From NCBI RefSeq assembly GCF_001598795.1, contig NZ_BCZP01000038.1, positions 1 through 32,000 of the forward strand: 32,000 nt of DNA, read 5' to 3'. The stretch comes from Delftia acidovorans NBRC 14950 (GTDB lineage Bacteria; Pseudomonadota; Gammaproteobacteria; Burkholderiales; Burkholderiaceae_C). Position 1 is the first letter of the stretch; every line of letters starts with the position of its first letter. The translations under genes were made by a program, and so were the position numbers. The notes beneath the pieces were generated by a model that made no database searches, was not told the DNA's origin, and saw only the letters and a program-made list of their open reading frames with translations. Of the stretch, positions 31,221-32,000 are shown piece after piece.

Positions 31221-31580
31221 GTGACCGTTTCAGCTCCCACAGGCCTGCGCCAAGCACAGGCCGCCCAATCCGCCCTCGCTACAGCAGGCATTGGAGCGCT
31301 CTATGAGGGCACCCAGGCAGCCGCCATTCCAGTCAGTCAGGTCGAAGCCGCGCTCAGCCGGATCGATGCAGGCATGGAGGACTTGCAGAACACTATCAGG
31401 CGCATTTCCGGCCGGTTGGAGCCTGTGCTGTCGGCGGCCGGCGTCTCTGCCGAGGGCAGTGCGCACGAAGCCGAGCCTGCATCCCCCACTCCTCTGGTGC
31501 GCCGACTCAATGACCTGGCCACCGAGTTGCGCGAGGACTGCGCGGCCCTGCAGGACCTGGAGCGGCGCCTGGCGCTGTGA
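31221..31580 (+). CDS. Hypothetical 119-aa acidic helical protein
   Basis: GTG 31221 after an AGGAGA SD (cacAGGAGAgaccaccGTG), within track ORF 31101..31580: VTVSAPTGLRQAQAAQSALATAGIGALYEGTQAAAIPVSQVEAALSRIDAGMEDLQNTIRRISGRLEPVL... The start is uncertain; ATG 31101 or 31173 is possible. Confidence 0.55.
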   Translation: MTVSAPTGLRQAQAAQSALATAGIGALYEGTQAAAIPVSQVEAALSRIDAGMEDLQNTIRRISGRLEPVLSAAGVSAEGSAHEAEPASPTPLVRRLNDLATELREDCAALQDLERRLAL

Positions 31581-31585
31581 TAGGG

Positions 31586-31873
31586 ATGGCCAGGACCACC
31601 ACCGCGCCCACCGGGCAGATTGCCCCGCTCGGCCTGCGCATGCTGCCGAAGATGCGGGAGCGAATTGAACAGGCGGCGCGGGAAAGCGGCCGCAGCCTCA
31701 ACGCCGAGATCGTCCACCGCCTGGCCCAGACCCTGGGCGAGGACTTCGCCGCAGAGCAGCCGGAGGCGCAGCCGGTGCTGGCCGAGATGGCCGGCTACCT
31801 GCGAGAGCTGCGCGACATGGCGCGGGCGCAGGCTGAGCAATCCCGACAGAGCGCATTGACAGCGCTCGATTGA
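31586..31873 (+). CDS. Arc/MetJ-type ribbon-helix-helix DNA-binding protein, 95 aa (98 aa from GTG 31577)
   Basis: MARTTTAPTGQIAPLGLRMLPKMRERIEQAARESGRSLNAEIVHRLAQTL matches the Arc-like pattern (R.p.elre.i...A...gRS.NaEIv.rL). It is coupled to the upstream gene. Confidence 0.75.
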   Translation: MARTTTAPTGQIAPLGLRMLPKMRERIEQAARESGRSLNAEIVHRLAQTLGEDFAAEQPEAQPVLAEMAGYLRELRDMARAQAEQSRQSALTALD

Positions 31874-32000
31874 TACACCCCTCGGCCACGCGCCGAGGCC
31901 CATCACGCAGGCGCCCTGCCCCCAGGACGCCGCCGCGATGGAGCTGGAGCCATTTGGCAAATCAACCTAGGAGTGGGTTCTGACCCGGCTCCATCGACCT

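Larger units (their letters stand above)
1..32000. mobile_element. Temperate phage / prophage genome segment; the window lies entirely inside it
   Basis: Contiguous phage modules run across the window: cI/Cro-type switch, replication (DnaB), RusA, NinB, terminase small and large, portal, scaffold, major capsid, large virion proteins. No housekeeping genes are seen. Confidence 0.88.

Noticed and set aside
31091-31306. 71-aa ORF with a good SD (GGGAGTGAGG) overlapping the 31101/31221 frame
   Set aside because: The first ~35 residues look plausible (Lys-rich), but the remainder is His/Arg/Pro-rich and overlaps the better-looking frame. I cannot decide from sequence alone, so it is not called as a feature.
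1-32000. Search for cas genes, a reverse transcriptase / DGR (common in some podovirus-like prophages with similar head genes), integrase, att sites, tRNA or rRNA
   Set aside because: No Cas-like, RT-like (YxDD) or integrase-like products appear among the protein-like ORFs. I saw no template/variable repeat pair and no tRNA-like cloverleaf. They may lie outside the window.

Overview
The whole 32 kb window is a GC-rich temperate phage (prophage) segment, with most genes on the minus strand. From right to left it contains the following.
- An immunity region: an Arc-like RHH gene, an S24-peptidase cI-type repressor on +, and a divergent Cro-type HTH gene on -. Two copies of a palindromic operator sit inside near-consensus sigma70 promoters.
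- An early operon: a tandem-RHH protein, a replication initiator carrying an (EQ)n microsatellite, DnaB helicase, RusA, NinB and two unknowns.
- A strongly AT-rich single-gene moron encoding a 2-TM protein.
- Terminase small and large subunits, portal, scaffold, major capsid and head-completion genes.
- An AT-rich opposite-strand moron and a 440-aa virion protein.
- A mosaic accessory island of about 5 kb (about 7.5-12.5 kb).
- A 2105-aa polyvalent-type giant virion protein, then a further virion gene that runs off the left edge and is missing from the ORF track.

The stand-out feature lies in the accessory island. It is a cas-less type I-F-like CRISPR mini-array (6 repeats, 5 spacers, 9431-9757). 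It sits directly behind two small membrane-protein genes on the + strand and ends in an intrinsic terminator. It is bracketed by 27-bp direct repeats that duplicate a gene 3' end.

I recognised no cas genes, integrase, tRNA, rRNA or reverse transcriptase in the window. Many long ORFs in the supplied track are antisense or out-of-frame artefacts of high GC content.
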